A DNA stretch of 64,000 bases. Origin: Amoebidium appalachense. Lineage: Eukaryota > Protista > Ichthyosporea. The first letter of the stretch is position 1. Each line of letters opens with the position of its first letter. The stretch covers positions 1,178,001-1,242,000 of the forward strand of contig CAVNZM010000011.1 in NCBI GenBank assembly GCA_963693365.1, written 5' to 3'. The notes below the pieces were generated by a model, which did not search any database, was not told the origin of the DNA, and saw only the letters and a list, made by a program, of their open reading frames with translations. The translations under genes were made by a program, and so were the position numbers. Of this stretch, positions 1 through 18,840 are shown piece by piece.

Positions 1-5718
<5,718 letters not shown>

Positions 5719-6626
5719 CTTCCCTCCTTGGTTTTCAGGCACCCAGAAACCACAAATCCCACGTACGATGCACTCAAAGTTTATGAGCACAGGAAATAGA
5801 ATCTGATCTAAGGACCCGCACAACCACCAAACCTACTCAGCCCCTAAGCGGCTGCAAAGTGACAAACAAACAAGGCTCATCACGTTCTCCACCCGCGTGC
5901 CACGCGTACATGCAGGCGACTCCCTTTTAGAGAAATCCCCACTACACTCCATGTTATGTTGGCGGCTACCGCCTAGACACGGCTCTATTTACATTTTCAT
6001 TTCAAGAGAGTGACGCGACTTCGTTTTCGTGTGAATGGCTCACTGTAGTTCGTGTAGACCTGTGCGATTTCCAAATCGAACCTGAACCGACTACGACCCG
6101 GCGCGGGTCGGCATAAAGAGCATGAGTTTAGCAATACATACTTGTTTGCAACCCACTTGAACTTTGTGTGTATGTACTGACTAAATTCTCTTTTAACACA
6201 AACATAGTGCTGACTGTACTGATTTATGGACATATGGGCAGTGACAAGCACGTTGAAATAGAAAGTGTTGTTGTCCCACTACAGCTCCTTGTGTGACTTT
6301 TAGCCCGAATCGAATGCTTTCGGTTCTGCAACAAAACCGCACAGACCCACAAGTGATTGGCACGGAACGCATCATGCTGGCGGGCCTTTTGTGCATGACC
6401 AGAGCACGTCTGCTCTGCTGCAGGTGACTGGCACGTCTGCTTTTCCGTGACACACTGTGGCCCACACGTTTCCAAACTAAACGAGTTAGGTTAGTAGACT
6501 GGTGTAGGGAGGATAAACACAGGCTAGTTTTCTGCACTGTGGGAGAATATAATTGTGAATTTCTCTTTTTAAGTCTAACGGGAACGCTTGAGGGATTACT
6601 CTTCGGGTACATCATAGCTACTCAGC
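5719..6626. promoter_or_regulatory. Probable bidirectional promoter between divergent Dicer-like and XPA genes
   Basis: About 0.9 kb free of simple repeats separating two head-to-head start codons; inferred from geometry only. Confidence 0.45.
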
Positions 6627-8022
6627 ATGTCTAGTGAAGGGCTGACGGAGGAGCAGAAGAGGCGCATAGCAGAGAACAGACAGAGGGCTATGCGCTTGAA
6701 GCAGTCGCGTTCGACCACAGCATACCCACCAGCACGACCAGAACCAACAAACCTAGAGCCCTCTCATGTTTCTTCCAACCCACCTGCTGAAATTAAGTCT
6801 AGTGTTTCAAGCGAACAACTTGCTCTTGTACCCAAGAAGTCAAGTAGGCCGATAGACACAGAGGCTGGGTTTCTGCTGACGGCGGAGGAGGAGCAGGAGT
6901 TACTTCACGGTGTTTTCTACGAGCCAGGTGCGTGCTGCTCGGAGTGTTAACTGTGTTTGTTGTGTCGTGCCTTTTGAGCTTGGTGTTGTTTTTGGTGTTC
7001 ATGTTTGTACACGGACAACGGCCTTTTTGTGATTGAGGGAATAATTCAGAGGCTGCAGGCATGTCACACGTGTTGGTTTAATCTTTGTCGTATGTTCGAA
7101 ACGGGATCATTCAGGTGGGTGATTAGATTCGGGTGGGTGATTAGATCGGGGAAATGGCGGCACAATTTGTCCCTCTTCATTATTTGGCCTGTTGTGTGAT
7201 GAGGTCAGTGGTTTGGGTGTGGTATGATGGTATGATTGTATGGGTGCAATGCCTGTGGGCTCTTGACTCTGTGTGTGTGCGCAGGTGTGCGTAGGGGTGT
7301 GTGTGTGTGTGGGTGGGTGGGTGGGTGGGTGGGTGGGTGGGTGGGTGGGTGTGGTGTGGGTAAGCGCGCGTGTGTGTGCTTGTGTGCACGTGCGTGTGGG
7401 TGGGTGTGTGTTCGGTGGTGCCCGTGGGGGAGGGGTGTACGTGCGTGTATGTGTGGTGGGGGGGGGGGGGGGGGTTGAGGGGGGGGACTGGGGGGGAGGG
7501 GGGTCATGAACGGTGGGGCTGGGAAAGGACCACCAGACGGGGAAGTTGTAGGGAGATATTGTTGACTCTAGAGCTTGGAACTTGGGGGTCTGGTAGGTTT
7601 GTAAAAGGCTGTCACTGTACTGGTTGTGCTTTGGTGGCCTTCAGTCCCCTTGTGTTGTGTGCATTTTTGTGTACTCCTGCTCTTAGCGAGTGTCTTTTCC
7701 CTCCGCTAAGCTGTGTGCTTACCCCTTTGCCCGTGTTTTTCTCGACCTCTCTCTCGTTGCCCCGTCCGTCCCCCCCCCCCCCCCCCCCCCCCTTTCTCCC
7801 TCCCCCCTTTCTCCCTCCCCCCCCTCCCCCCCTCCCCGGGGGGACCTTGGCACTCCCCCCCCCCCCCCCCCCCCCCCCCCGCCGCCCCTTTCACCCCGGC
7901 TCACCATCCACGCCTGTACTTTGTTGTCGCACTCCTCCCCACTGCGCCGTTTAAAGGTGGATATTTTTGGTGGGCATGTGGACTGTTTTTATGCTGCAGG
8001 TGGGCCGGGGGGAGGGGGTGGG

Positions 8023-8062
<40 letters not shown>

Positions 8063-8419
8063 AATCTAAGGCCCACACTGCTTGTTTGCTCTTTTTTATA
8101 TTCTTTAATGGCAGATCCGCAACCCAGCCAGGCATACCACAAGTGTGCTGAGTGCCAAAAGGAGTTGGTAATCTAAGGCCCACACTGCTTGTTTGCTCTT
8201 TTTTATATTCTTTAATGGCAGATCCGCAACCCGGGCAGGCATACCACAAGTGTGCTGAGTGCCAAAAGGAGTTCTTTGACTCGTTCCTTCATACTACGTT
8301 TGGGGTGTCTGTGTGCAATCAGTGCAAGGCCGCAGACAGAGACAATGAGGACAAGTACGGTCTGGTTACTAAGACCACCGCAAAGGAGGTGGGGTTGTGT
8401 TCTTGCTTTGTTGATTGTT

Positions 8420-8450
<31 letters not shown>

Positions 8451-8505
8451 CTCTCTCTTTTCGTCTTCCCTCCCTCCTCAACAACCCCCCCCCCCCCCCT
8501 TTTTT

Positions 8506-8545
<40 letters not shown>

Positions 8546-9011
8546 GGAATCGCCTTGTACGTGAATGTGTTTGTGGGGTGCCTTGTCGCATATGTAACCT
8601 TCGTGGGATATTGATTTGTGTTAAGCAAACAAGGAACCAGGGATCAGGCTTCCCATTCCCATGTGTGATGCCCCCATAACATCATCTCAAAGTGTGAGAA
8701 GGGAATGCCATTGGTTTACTGTGCACCCTTTTGGAATGTATGATAGTTGCAGTTTCTCTTTTCTCTTGCATTGTGTTGCAGAGAGTATTGTGTTGACCCA
8801 TATGCCACCTATTGCACATTACAACAACAGGACTATCTCCTTACGGACTATGATCTGAGCAACAAGGAGGATGGGCTGAGGTTTTTGGAGAGAAAGAACC
8901 CCAGAGGTCCTACATACAGTGCTATGAAGCTCTATTTGAGGTTGCAGGTGAGTGAGTGTGGGTGGTTGTGTTGGTGTGTGTGTGTGTTTTGGGATGGTTG
9001 GGTGAGTATGT

Positions 9012-9048
<37 letters not shown>

Positions 9049-9685
9049 GGGGGGGGGGGTTGCTCTAGACGCACCCACCTGTGTGTTTGGTAGTGAGACG
9101 AAGGTGGTAGCAAACACGAACAACGTGAACTCTTAGGAATTTTTTTGGGTATTCTGGACTGGTAGGTACGGGCTGTGGCTGGCTGGCTGAGAATGGTGCA
9201 TGTGGGGTATGTGGGTACACTCTAATGGCATTGTGCAGTCGAATGCGCCTAAATACCTGTGGGTTGGCTTAGGGTGGAGGGTGGCCTTTTGTGTGTGTGT
9301 GTGGGGGGGGGGGGGGGGGGGGGGGGGGGTAACACCCAGCACACCTACTAATTCCTCTGGCGCTTGTCAGGTTGAAGAGTTGTCGTTCAAACGGTGGGGG
9401 TCGGAGGATGGTTTGGATGCGGAGATAGCAAGGAGAGAGGCTGAAAAGAGAAGACACAAGCAGGCACGATATGAGAAGAAGGTCAAAGGTAAGGAACATG
9501 GTTGTGTGTGGTTGGTGTGTGCGGAGTAGTAGTAGGAGGATGGCGGGTGGTAAATGCGCATCGTTTCTTTTATTGAAACATGCACCGGGATGGGTGGGGT
9601 TTCACGGAGTGGTGATATTGCTGTTGTGTGTATGTGGTCCACACTTGTGTGTGTGGGTGGGTGGGTGTGTGTGGGTGTGTTTTGG

Positions 9686-9722
<37 letters not shown>

Positions 9723-10084
9723 TTGGATATAGCTTGCGTGTTCAAGTTCAGTGGTTATGTTGTGTGTGTGCTTCTGCTTGCTCCCTAACCTGTCTCTTTT
9801 TGAAAATCCAGGGCAAGGTGGTGGGGGGGAGGTCTTTTTTTTTGGGATTGACGAGGTGGGGAGGGGGTGGGGGGAGGGGGGGGGGGGGGGGGGGTTGAGG
9901 TATTGAAGGGAGGAGGGGTCTGTTTGGCGTCTGGGCAACTATAATTTATCGTACCTGTTTCCCGCAGTCTGCCTTTCTCCCTCTGCCCCCTCCCGCCCCC
10001 TGCCCACCCACCCACCCACCCACCTACCCACACGCACGCACACTCCACCTGTATGTATGCTACCGCATTCGCAATGCGGATGCT

Positions 10085-10115
<31 letters not shown>

Positions 10116-10453
10116 CCCGGCGCGCCCCCTTTCTCTTCTTTTCACTTGCTCATTGTGCCTGCTCCCAATTTTTCCGGTACATAGGGCAAGGGGGGGGGGG
10201 GGGATGTAGTAGAATCCACACAAAATGAGTGCGTGGGGTGTTGCTCGTTTGCTCAGCACGTGCAGTTGTTGACCTTGAGGCCCCTTTCTCCCTTCCAGAG
10301 CTGCGGCGGACTACGCTAGCGGTAGCCAAGTACACAGAGAAGGCCAAACAACACGTGCATGTGTACGGGGAGGAGACGTATGACGACGAGGAGGACACGT
10401 ACAGCACCACGTGCACAGAGTGTGGGTACGTGAGCACGTACGAGAAGATGTGA
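6627..10453 (+). CDS. XPA: DNA repair protein XPA / Rad14 (nucleotide excision repair)
   Basis: Exons 6627-6927, 8222-8388, 8831-8947, 9371-9488, 10299-10453, all phase-compatible. Motifs: LTEEQKRRIAENRQRA, IDTEAGF, C4 zinc finger CAEC...CNQC, KTTAKEDYLLTDYDL, KNPR..YSAMKLYLRLQVE, WGSEDGLDAE, and C-terminal HVHVYG...CTECG..STYEKM, which ends like animal XPA. Confidence 0.95.
8061..8273 (+). repeat. 107-bp-period tandem duplication covering the XPA exon 2 acceptor and first 52 exon nt
   Basis: 8061-8166 and 8168-8273 are identical except cccagccagg versus cccgggcagg. Confidence 0.95.
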
Positions 10454-10979
10454 GGGGGTAGGGGTGTGGCAATGGGAGCACGTATGAAAAACAAACAGGG
10501 AAGTTTAGTCTCTCTGAGTTTACGAATGATAAACCGTGGTCGCTATAGCTTGTCATCTTTTTATGTGTGTATATGAACACTTTGTAGGAATCTGTGTTGG
10601 CATGAAGGGCCTATACATGAACCCCTGTAGAGATGCATGTACCTAAAAATAGGTTGATGTCACGTGGGTGACATCCATTGTTGTACTGGGTGAGGTCTGG
10701 GACCTATCAATGGCGATTGTTGAATGAAGGCTGAAGAGCCTGTCACAATAAACATTAAAGCACTTTAAGGTTGCAAACTTAAATCCACAATCAAGGGAGT
10801 TGTTGCAGTTTCACAATAGATTTGCATGGAGAGCAGATGCTGCCCCCCCCCCCCTCTCCCCCCCCCCCCCCCCCCTTCTCTTCCCACACAGACACACGTG
10901 GACCAGAGCGCATGCGCACCCCCACACAAACACACGTGTGCGGACACACGCACGCACACGCGCACACAGAGAGAGAGAG

Positions 10980-11010
<31 letters not shown>

Positions 11011-11472
11011 AGCAAATTATATCGAGGCAAGTTAATTACTAGTTAGATGCAATCATTATAATGTATAGCAACAACCCCACTGCATTTTGTTAAGAGAGAA
11101 AAACATCGTCTTCTTTAGCCATTTATGGTGCCCCCCGGTCCCAATCACCACCCCCATGCAAAGCGTTTTGTTGTCCCTTTACCGCCCTTTATTTATTTTT
11201 ACACCATCCTGGAACCCAATCAACTATTGTCACCACCACCCGTCAGCACACGCTGTCCCACCCAATAAAACACACACATACCACTCAACCCCCATCTGTT
11301 GAGGATATGAACAGCCAAGGAATTCCCCATCTTATATTCCCGGAAAAAGGGCCACCCCGCTTCCCCTCCCCCCTCTCCCCCCCCCTTCCTCCTCCCCCGG
11401 GCGCCCTTTCTGCTTCGTTGAGACACAACCAAACAATGTCACCCTGCACGTGTACACTCCCAAATTCCGGTG

Positions 11473-11683
11473 CTTAACTATGCTATATTAGTGAGTTAAT
11501 CGCAACTTTGAGGAAGATGGTAGTCTTAACTATGCTATATTAGTGAGTTAATCGCAACTTTGAGGAGGATGGTAGTCTTAACTATGCTATATTAGTGAGT
11601 TAATCGCAACTTTGAGGAAGATGGTAGTCTTAACTATGCTATATTAGTGAGTTAATCGCAACTTTGAGGAGGATGGTAGTCTT
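11473..11683. repeat. Minisatellite, 4 x 52 bp
   Basis: Unit cttaactatgctatattagtgagttaatcgcaactttgagga(a/g)gatggtagt starts at 11473, 11525, 11577 and 11629. Confidence 0.97.
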
Positions 11684-11728
11684 TGAGACCCGGATGTGGT
11701 GTATGCGTGTTGTTTTTTTCTGTTTTTT

Positions 11729-11759
<31 letters not shown>

Positions 11760-11979
11760 GGGAGAGGGGGGGGGGGGGGGGGGGGGGGGGGGGAGAGGGG
11801 GGGGGGGGGGGGGAGGGGGGGGGGGGGGGGGGGGGGGCTTGGGGAAAGGAAGTCGTTATCAATGAGGGGATTTACAGGAAGAAGGGGTGGGCTGGGGGTG
11901 TGGGTGGGCTTTGTGGTGACACACCGAAGGACCCCCCAAGCATAATGATGGGCCTGTGGAGTTGTTAAAGCGGAATCCC

Positions 11980-12060
<81 letters not shown>

Positions 12061-12687
12061 GCACACAACACACAAAACAAAAAGAAGAACCAAAAAAAAA
12101 AAAAAAAAAAAAGAATGGCTCTGCAGCGAGGGGATACATAGGTGTACTAGTGGGAGGGTCAGCCACACACACACACCTGCTATCAATGGTCCCGATCAGC
12201 TGATCAGCTCTTTTGGACATGCCATAATGGGTGGCCCTCTTGAGTTGACATTGAAGGGAATACAAATTGTAACCGAGACAAGGGGTATGAGGAGGAGTTG
12301 TGGGAGATTTGTGGGTGGGCGGGGGAACTGAACGGAACGGGGGGAAAGGGGGAGGGGGGACACGGATGGGAGGGTAAGATGGGGGGGGGGGGGGGGGGTG
12401 GGGAGGGGGGGGGGGGGGGGGATGGGAGGGGGGGCTTTTCATGAGGTGCGACAGTGCAGAGCTGGATTTTGATTGGCTGAGAGCCGGAATAACAAATGTG
12501 GTGTTGGTTGTGTGGGTGGGGAGATGAGGTTTAGGTACAAAGGATTGCGACAGCAGAGGAATGTGTGAGTGAGTTTGGTTTAGATGAATGGCCTGAGACG
12601 GAGACCGGAAGGTGTTATTTGTGTACGTGCGTGTGTGTGTGCGTGTGTGTGTAATTTGCGTGTGTGGGGTGGGGCAGGGTGGGGCGC

Positions 12688-12720
<33 letters not shown>

Positions 12721-13440
12721 GTGGGGGGGGGGAGAGGGGTGGGGGGGGGGGGGAAGGGGGGCTGCCGGGGGGAAGGGGGGGGGGGGGAGGGGGGATGGAG
12801 AGGGGGGGAGGGGGGGGGGATGGGAAGTGCTGAAGGCACAGAGTTTTTATACTGCCCACAGTTTATTTCTCGAACACATCTTTCGAAAATAGACACAAAA
12901 GCCCTTCAAGGTATCTGATCTCTGATTGCACCCGGCCACCACACATCTCTACCACGTGAAAGCGATAAGCACAATCCTCCCCCTATCCTCACCACACAGT
13001 TATGCACATCAAAGCCATCAAACGCAAACCGCGCTAGACTACTATATGGTATGATACAACAGCATACATGGCCTCGTGGGCCATAAAGCAACAAAGGTAA
13101 GGTCTTTCTCTTGTCTCCTAAGTATGCAGTGCATACTTTCACCTCCATCGGGTGAAAAAATCCAATCCAAAAAAAAAAAGAAGAAGAAGAAAAAAAGAAA
13201 AAAAAAGGAAAGGAAAAAAAAAAAAAAAAAAAAGACAACCTAAAAACCCGTCCATTTCCATCAAACCAAAAATAACTTACACCAGCCCGCGCTTCAACCA
13301 ATCACTTAACCGTGCACGTACCAACCGATAATCTCCAACACTACACCTGCACCTAACATATACCCGAGACGGTCTCCATTTGCATGCCCAACCACCACCA
13401 CACATCTAACCGATAACGCGTGCAGCTGATAATCCACCAA

Positions 13441-14179
13441 TCAATCGACCTCCTCCACTGTAGGACCCCCACCCATCTTCGGGCCCTCAGCCCCGTACCC
13501 AGGCCCGGCCCCAGCGTCAGCAAACCCCCCATACTCTCCGCCTGTCCCCCCAGACTGGTAAATTTTCGCCATGATGGGATTTACGGTTCTTTCCAGCTCC
13601 TTCTGCCGATCCTCGTATTCCTCCTTGGCGGCCAACTGATTGCGCTCCACCCAATCAAGTACCTCCTTTACCTTGCCGCTCAGCATGGTGCGATCCGATT
13701 CGCCAATCCGATCACGTATTTTCTCGTCGTCGAGTGTTGACCGCACGTGGAATGCATATGCCTCGAGTGCGTTCTTGGCCCCCACCCTGTCCCTCTGCTC
13801 TTCGTCCTGCTGGCGGTATCTCTCTGCCTCTTGCACCATCCTCTCTATGTCTGCCTGTGTGAGCCTCTCTTTGTCGTTCTTCACCGTGATTGTGTTGGTG
13901 CGCCCGGTGGACTTGTCGCTTGCTGTCACCTTGAGGATTCCGTTTGCGTCAATGTCGAAGGTTACCTCGATTTGGGGCACACCGCGGGGGGCTGGGGGGA
14001 TGTTGGTGAGGTCGAACTTGCCAAGAAGGTTGTTGTCTTTGGTCATGGCACGCTCACCCTCGTACACCTGTGTGTGTACATGTGACGGTGTGTATGTGTG
14101 TGTGGGGGGGTGGGTGGGTGGGTGTAAGTGTGTGTGTGTATGTGTGTGCTGTGTGTGTGTGTACGTGTGTCTATGTGTT

Positions 14180-14210
<31 letters not shown>

Positions 14211-16253
14211 GGTCGCGCGCACACGTGTGTTGCCTGGGTAAGGATCATGGAGAAAGGGTTGAATGAGTGAGGTGGTTATTGTACGGGCTAGGAGGGTGTC
14301 GAGCAATTGGTGGTGTGGCGTGTGTGTATGTGTGGGGTGGTTGTGGTGGTGGCGGTGGTTTCGAGGGGGGGGAGGGGGGGGAGAGGGGGGACGCGGGGGG
14401 GGGGGGGGGGGGGGGGGGGAGGGGTGGGACACTGCCTCGATGGGGGTGGGTTGATAAAGGGTAGGAATTGAAAAAAAAAAAAAAATGAGCGGGGAGGGCA
14501 TTGCCTTCTTTTTTTGTGAGCGCGCATGTGTTTTTTTGGCCAGTAGTTGTGCGTTGAAAAGGTGCACAAGAACTGTAAGCTCTCAGAGTCTGTGTCAACA
14601 GGAGTGCGTAGGGGCAGGATTAAAAAGGCGATGAGGTAATTAATTGAGACGTCGTGCCCAAAGTTAACAATAAAAGGAGGAGGAGAAGGGGTGGAAAGCC
14701 GGGTTGGAGGAGGGGGTGGAGGGGGGGGGGGGGGGGGGGGGGGGAGAATAAAAGGAATAAAAAATAAAAAGACGGACGGGGTAGGAAGGGCTGGGGAGGG
14801 GGGAGGGGGGAGGTTTTAAATGGAAAGGGGAAGGATAAGACTGCCGGCCAGGAAAATTTAAATAACGAAGTTCATGGTTAGCGGGCAAGAATGCAGGGGA
14901 GAGATGGCCCCAAATACCCACCTGGATGGTGACGGCTGGCTGGTTGTCGCTGTACGTGGTGAAGGTCTGTGTCTGCTTGGTGGGGATGGTGGTGTTGCGC
15001 TTGATCAGTGGTGTCATAACACCCCCGGCCGTCTCAATGCCCAGCGACAGAGGTGCCACGTCCAGAAGAAGAAGGTCCGAGACGTTTCCAGAAGTCTCCC
15101 CAGACAGGATGGCCCCCTGCACCGCCGCACCGTAGGCCACGGCCTCGTCCGGGTTGATGCTCTTGTTCAGCTCCTTGCCGCCAAAATAATCCGACAACAT
15201 TTTCTGAATTTTCGGGATGCGCGTTGAGCCCCCCACCAGTATGACCTCGTCGATGTGGGCCTTGTCGAGTTTTGTGTCCCGCATAGCCTTTTCCACAGGG
15301 CCGAGGGTGGACCGGAACAAGTCTGCACACAGTTCCTCAAACCGTGCACGGGTGATGGACGTGTAGAAGTCGATGCCGTCCATCAGTGAGTCCACCTCGA
15401 TGGTTGCCTGGGCAGAGGACGACAGGGTGCGCTTTGCACGCTCGCATGCAGTGCGCAGGCGCCGCAGGGCACGGGGGTTTGTGTTGAGGTCCTTCTTGTA
15501 CTTGCGCTTGAATTCGGCCACAAAATGGTCCACCATGCGGTTGTCAAAGTCCTCCCCGCCCAGATGTGTGTCCCCGGACGTGGCCTTGACCTCAAACACA
15601 CCGTCGTCGATGGACAGAATGGACACGTCAAAGGTGCCGCCGCCCAGGTCGAAGATCAATACGTGCTGCTCCTTCTTGCCCCTCTTGTCCAGCCCATATG
15701 CAATGGCTGCAGCCGTGGGCTCGTTGATGATGCGCAGCACGTTGAGGCCTGAGATGGCCCCTGCGTCCTTGGTGCTCTGCCTCTGCGCGTCGTTGAAGTA
15801 TGCGGGAACGGTAACCACGGCGTCTTTGATTGGACGACCCAGGAACCCCTCTGCCGTCTCCTTCATCTTCCCAAGCACCATAGCACTGATCTCCTCCGGC
15901 AGGAATGTCTTCTTTTCGTTCATAAACTCCACCTCTACGGCCGGCTTGCCCTCCTTGTTGATGACTTTGAAGGGCCAGTGCTTCATGTCGGCCTGCACCT
16001 CCTGGTCGTTAAACCGCCGCCCAATGAGTCGCTTTGCGTCAAACACGGTGTTGGCGGGGTTGAGGGCCACCTGGTTCTTGGCTGCGTCACCCACCAGACG
16101 CTCAGTGTCGGTGAAGGCCACATAGGAGGGTGTTGTGCGATTGCCCTGGTCGTTGGCGATGATCTCCACCTTGCCGTGCTGGTACACACCCACACAGGAG
16201 TAGGTCGTGCCCAGGTCAATGCCCACAGCTGGTCCTTTCACTTCGGGTGCCAT
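13441..16253 (-). CDS. HSP70: Cytosolic heat shock protein 70, 652 aa, one intron
   Basis: Exons 16253-14922 and 14067-13441 (phase-0 GT-AG intron). Signatures [45 protein letters not shown] and C-terminal GPTVEEVD. Confidence 0.98.
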
Positions 16254-16434
16254 GGTTGTAACTTGTGGTGTGGGTAAGAGCAAAAAAAGTAGGAAAATGG
16301 CGATTGCAGAATGAAAGAAACGGTACTCAGACGCTAAACAGGACGTGAGAAAGACTTGAAGGTATTACTAGAGAAAAAGAGACAGGAGTGCGATCGTTTT
16401 GGCTTTGGTGTCACTTGATTTTCAGATGCTTGCT

Positions 16435-16590
16435 TGAGTCGTGACTCAATTCTGACAGCTCAATCTGGCGGTGAGAGTTTATATAATTGAGAGTGGCTCA
16501 TCAAGTAACCAATCAGATCTGCAGAACCTTCGTAGACCAATCATCTACGTTTGAGTCCAGGGTTCGAGATTTTCCCATTGATGACGTCAC
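16435..16590 (-). promoter_or_regulatory. Hsp70 promoter: TATA, CCAAT, HSE-like and CRE/AP-1 motifs
   Basis: TATATAAA on the minus strand at 16485-16478; CCAAT at ~16509 and ~16537; aGAAccTTCg at ~16523-16532 and a degenerate gTTCgaGATttTCC at ~16562-16575; TGACGTCA at 16582-16589; TGACTCA at 16442-16448. Confidence 0.65.
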
Positions 16591-18178
16591 AGCCTACAGC
16601 CGCTCACCGATTGACACTGCCGATGAGTGTCACCGACTCGTTTTGTTTTGTGTTAGCACCTAGTAGTGCAAAATGACAGAAGCCTTTACTGGTAAAGAAG
16701 TGTATACACAAAGTGAGATAATATCCTCACCCAAAAATCACCTTTTGTCCACGGAGTGTCTTTCCGGATCTTGTCTAGCTTTTCTAACATTAAACCTTGC
16801 CTTTCTTGTTGGAAAACCTTTTCCAAGGTGCACGAAAAATGGTACAAACAAACTCACTGGTCGGCCTTTCGCTTTCCGTGGGTTCCTGCGTCATCAGTAC
16901 CAGGAAGTTCGGGACTTTGTCCCCGAATTAATTCCTCGCCAAAAAGTGTCCGCCTGTTTAAGTTATTTTCGAGTGGTCCTCCCCCCCCCCCCCCCCCCCC
17001 CCCCCCCCGGGCCCCCCCTTTTCCTCTCCTGCGAACTTATAATAATCAAGGTTCTTTTCCGGATGGCTGCATCTCTATCCCACTTTCCCTCCCTGTTTTC
17101 CTCCTTCCTCGTCTGTACGCCCGCCCTGCCTACGTGTCATTCTTCCTCCTTCCCTCTCTTTCGGAAACTGCACTGGATCAAGTGTGTTACACAAATGTTG
17201 GTGGTGGAGTTCCGCGGTGGAAGGGGTGCCCTGCCGGGGGAGTGTCGGGGTGAAGACGGGCTTGTGGGGATCACCCTTACCGGTGGGGTATGGGGCATGT
17301 GTGTGGTGGTGGTGATGTGTGTCTGTGTGTGTCTGTGTGTGTGTTGTGTGTGTGGAGAGAGGGGGGGAGAGGGGGGAGGGGGGGGGGGGGAGGGATCCTG
17401 GAACGGAAGAGGGGTTGGGGGAGAGGGGAGGGGGGAACGGCGAGGAAGCGGGGCGGCAGAGTTAGAGGCCTAGGGAAGGTGCGTCACAGTGTATGTGGGG
17501 TCACAGTATTATCAACACGTTTGAAAGGGGAGGTAACGACATTTGGTTACCGTCAAACACAGTTCTAGGGCTCAGGGGCGACTTCTTATATGCAGTTTAT
17601 GAAGTGTCTATGCAAACCAGGGGACCGGACTACTAGTGGTGTGCCCGTGATTTGCACAACAAGTTTGGTGTGGTTGTAAAAAAGTGAATATGGGTGGGTG
17701 GGTGTGGGCCTAGGGGGAGGGTCTGGCTCTGGAAGGGGAATTAAAGGGGGGTTTTTTTTGTTTTGTTTTTGCGCCGGGGGGGGGGGGGGGGGGGGGAGAA
17801 GGGGGAGAGGGAGGGAGAAGGGGAGCAGGGAAGGATAAACCATGGAACAGGTAGTGATGAGTAGTCGGGGTCCTACACTTGAATGTGGCCCTGTATGGTC
17901 ATATGAAACATACTGACCTAACCTTTGCCTCAGGTTCCGAACGGTTGTTGATAAAGCAGTAGAGCCCGGTGTATGTAAGTCACTGCAAACAGGCTAACTG
18001 TGCATTATATGTGGGCCTTGTCAACTGCCTTCTTGCTCTCTTCTACAAGGTGACTAGTAGAAGAATTGGGAATTGTCGTGAATGTGTATATTTGTGCCCC
18101 AGGGGGGAGGGGGGGTGCAGGGGGGTTTTTTGGTTTGATTTGCAACCCAGGTCAATGGCCTTTGCTTTGGGAGTGCAG

Positions 18179-18788
18179 TGTAAACATCTGTACACGCCGT
18201 ACATGTTTACTATTACGAATATACTGTACATATCATAGTGATCACGTAGATATTGTGTACATATGATCAGATCAATATCACACGCGACAGCCGCGGGCTG
18301 CGGCTCACGACTGAGCCGCGGCGCCGGCAATATGCAGTGGCCGTGCAGTCAGTATGAACCAATAGAATGCGAGAACCGCTAGGATAGGAATGCAAGTCTC
18401 ATCCACTACGGAGGCGACATCTATAGCTAAACGAACGGAACCAATAAGGAAATCAGACCCAGTTGCATAAACCTAAACGGGCTTAAGTATTGACCAATCA
18501 TTTGCCACAAAGTTATCCTTTTAGTTAGCTTCATGTTATTGGTGCACTGTGTGCACATAAAGACGACCGCACTCTTCTGACTGGTCAGAAGTCACGAAGG
18601 CATCAATGCCACCCATCCAGATGATCCGGAACCTGGGGGCTATATAAACAAGCCGTCCCAGTACGGGGGATCACTCTGAACGAGCACATTAAATAGTAAC
18701 CTGGCCGCGTGTGCCTTACTACCCGTTCTCTGTCTTTATTCTGATTCAGTTGTTCTCTGCCTTATCCCAACTAGTTCAACTGTTTACA
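18179..18788 (+). repeat. 5' LTR (610 bp)
   Basis: Identical to 25815-26424 except 18369 G versus 26005 T; 8-bp terminal inverted repeats; TATATAAA at ~18641. Confidence 0.98.
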
Positions 18789-18789
18789 T

Positions 18790-18803
18790 TGGCGACCGCG
18801 CAG
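18790..18803 (+). other. Primer-binding site, probably tRNA-Arg
   Basis: TGGCGACCGCGCAG lies 1 nt after the LTR. TGG complements CCA, and TGGCGACC matches the tRNA-Arg PBS type of Drosophila 412/mdg1. The tRNA identity is from recall, not verified. Confidence 0.7.
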
Positions 18804-18840
18804 TTCCAGAATCTCACATCTTTCAAGAATCTCTTCAACC

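Noticed and set aside
11473-11683. Possible CRISPR array
   Set aside because: Head-to-tail units with no unique spacers, no cas genes, eukaryotic context.
13640-16277. Plus-strand ORFs overlapping Hsp70
   Set aside because: Antisense shadows typical of GC3-rich Hsp70 genes.
16673-17473. 266-aa ORF divergent from Hsp70
   Set aside because: No recognisable domain; its length is sustained by low-complexity tracts.
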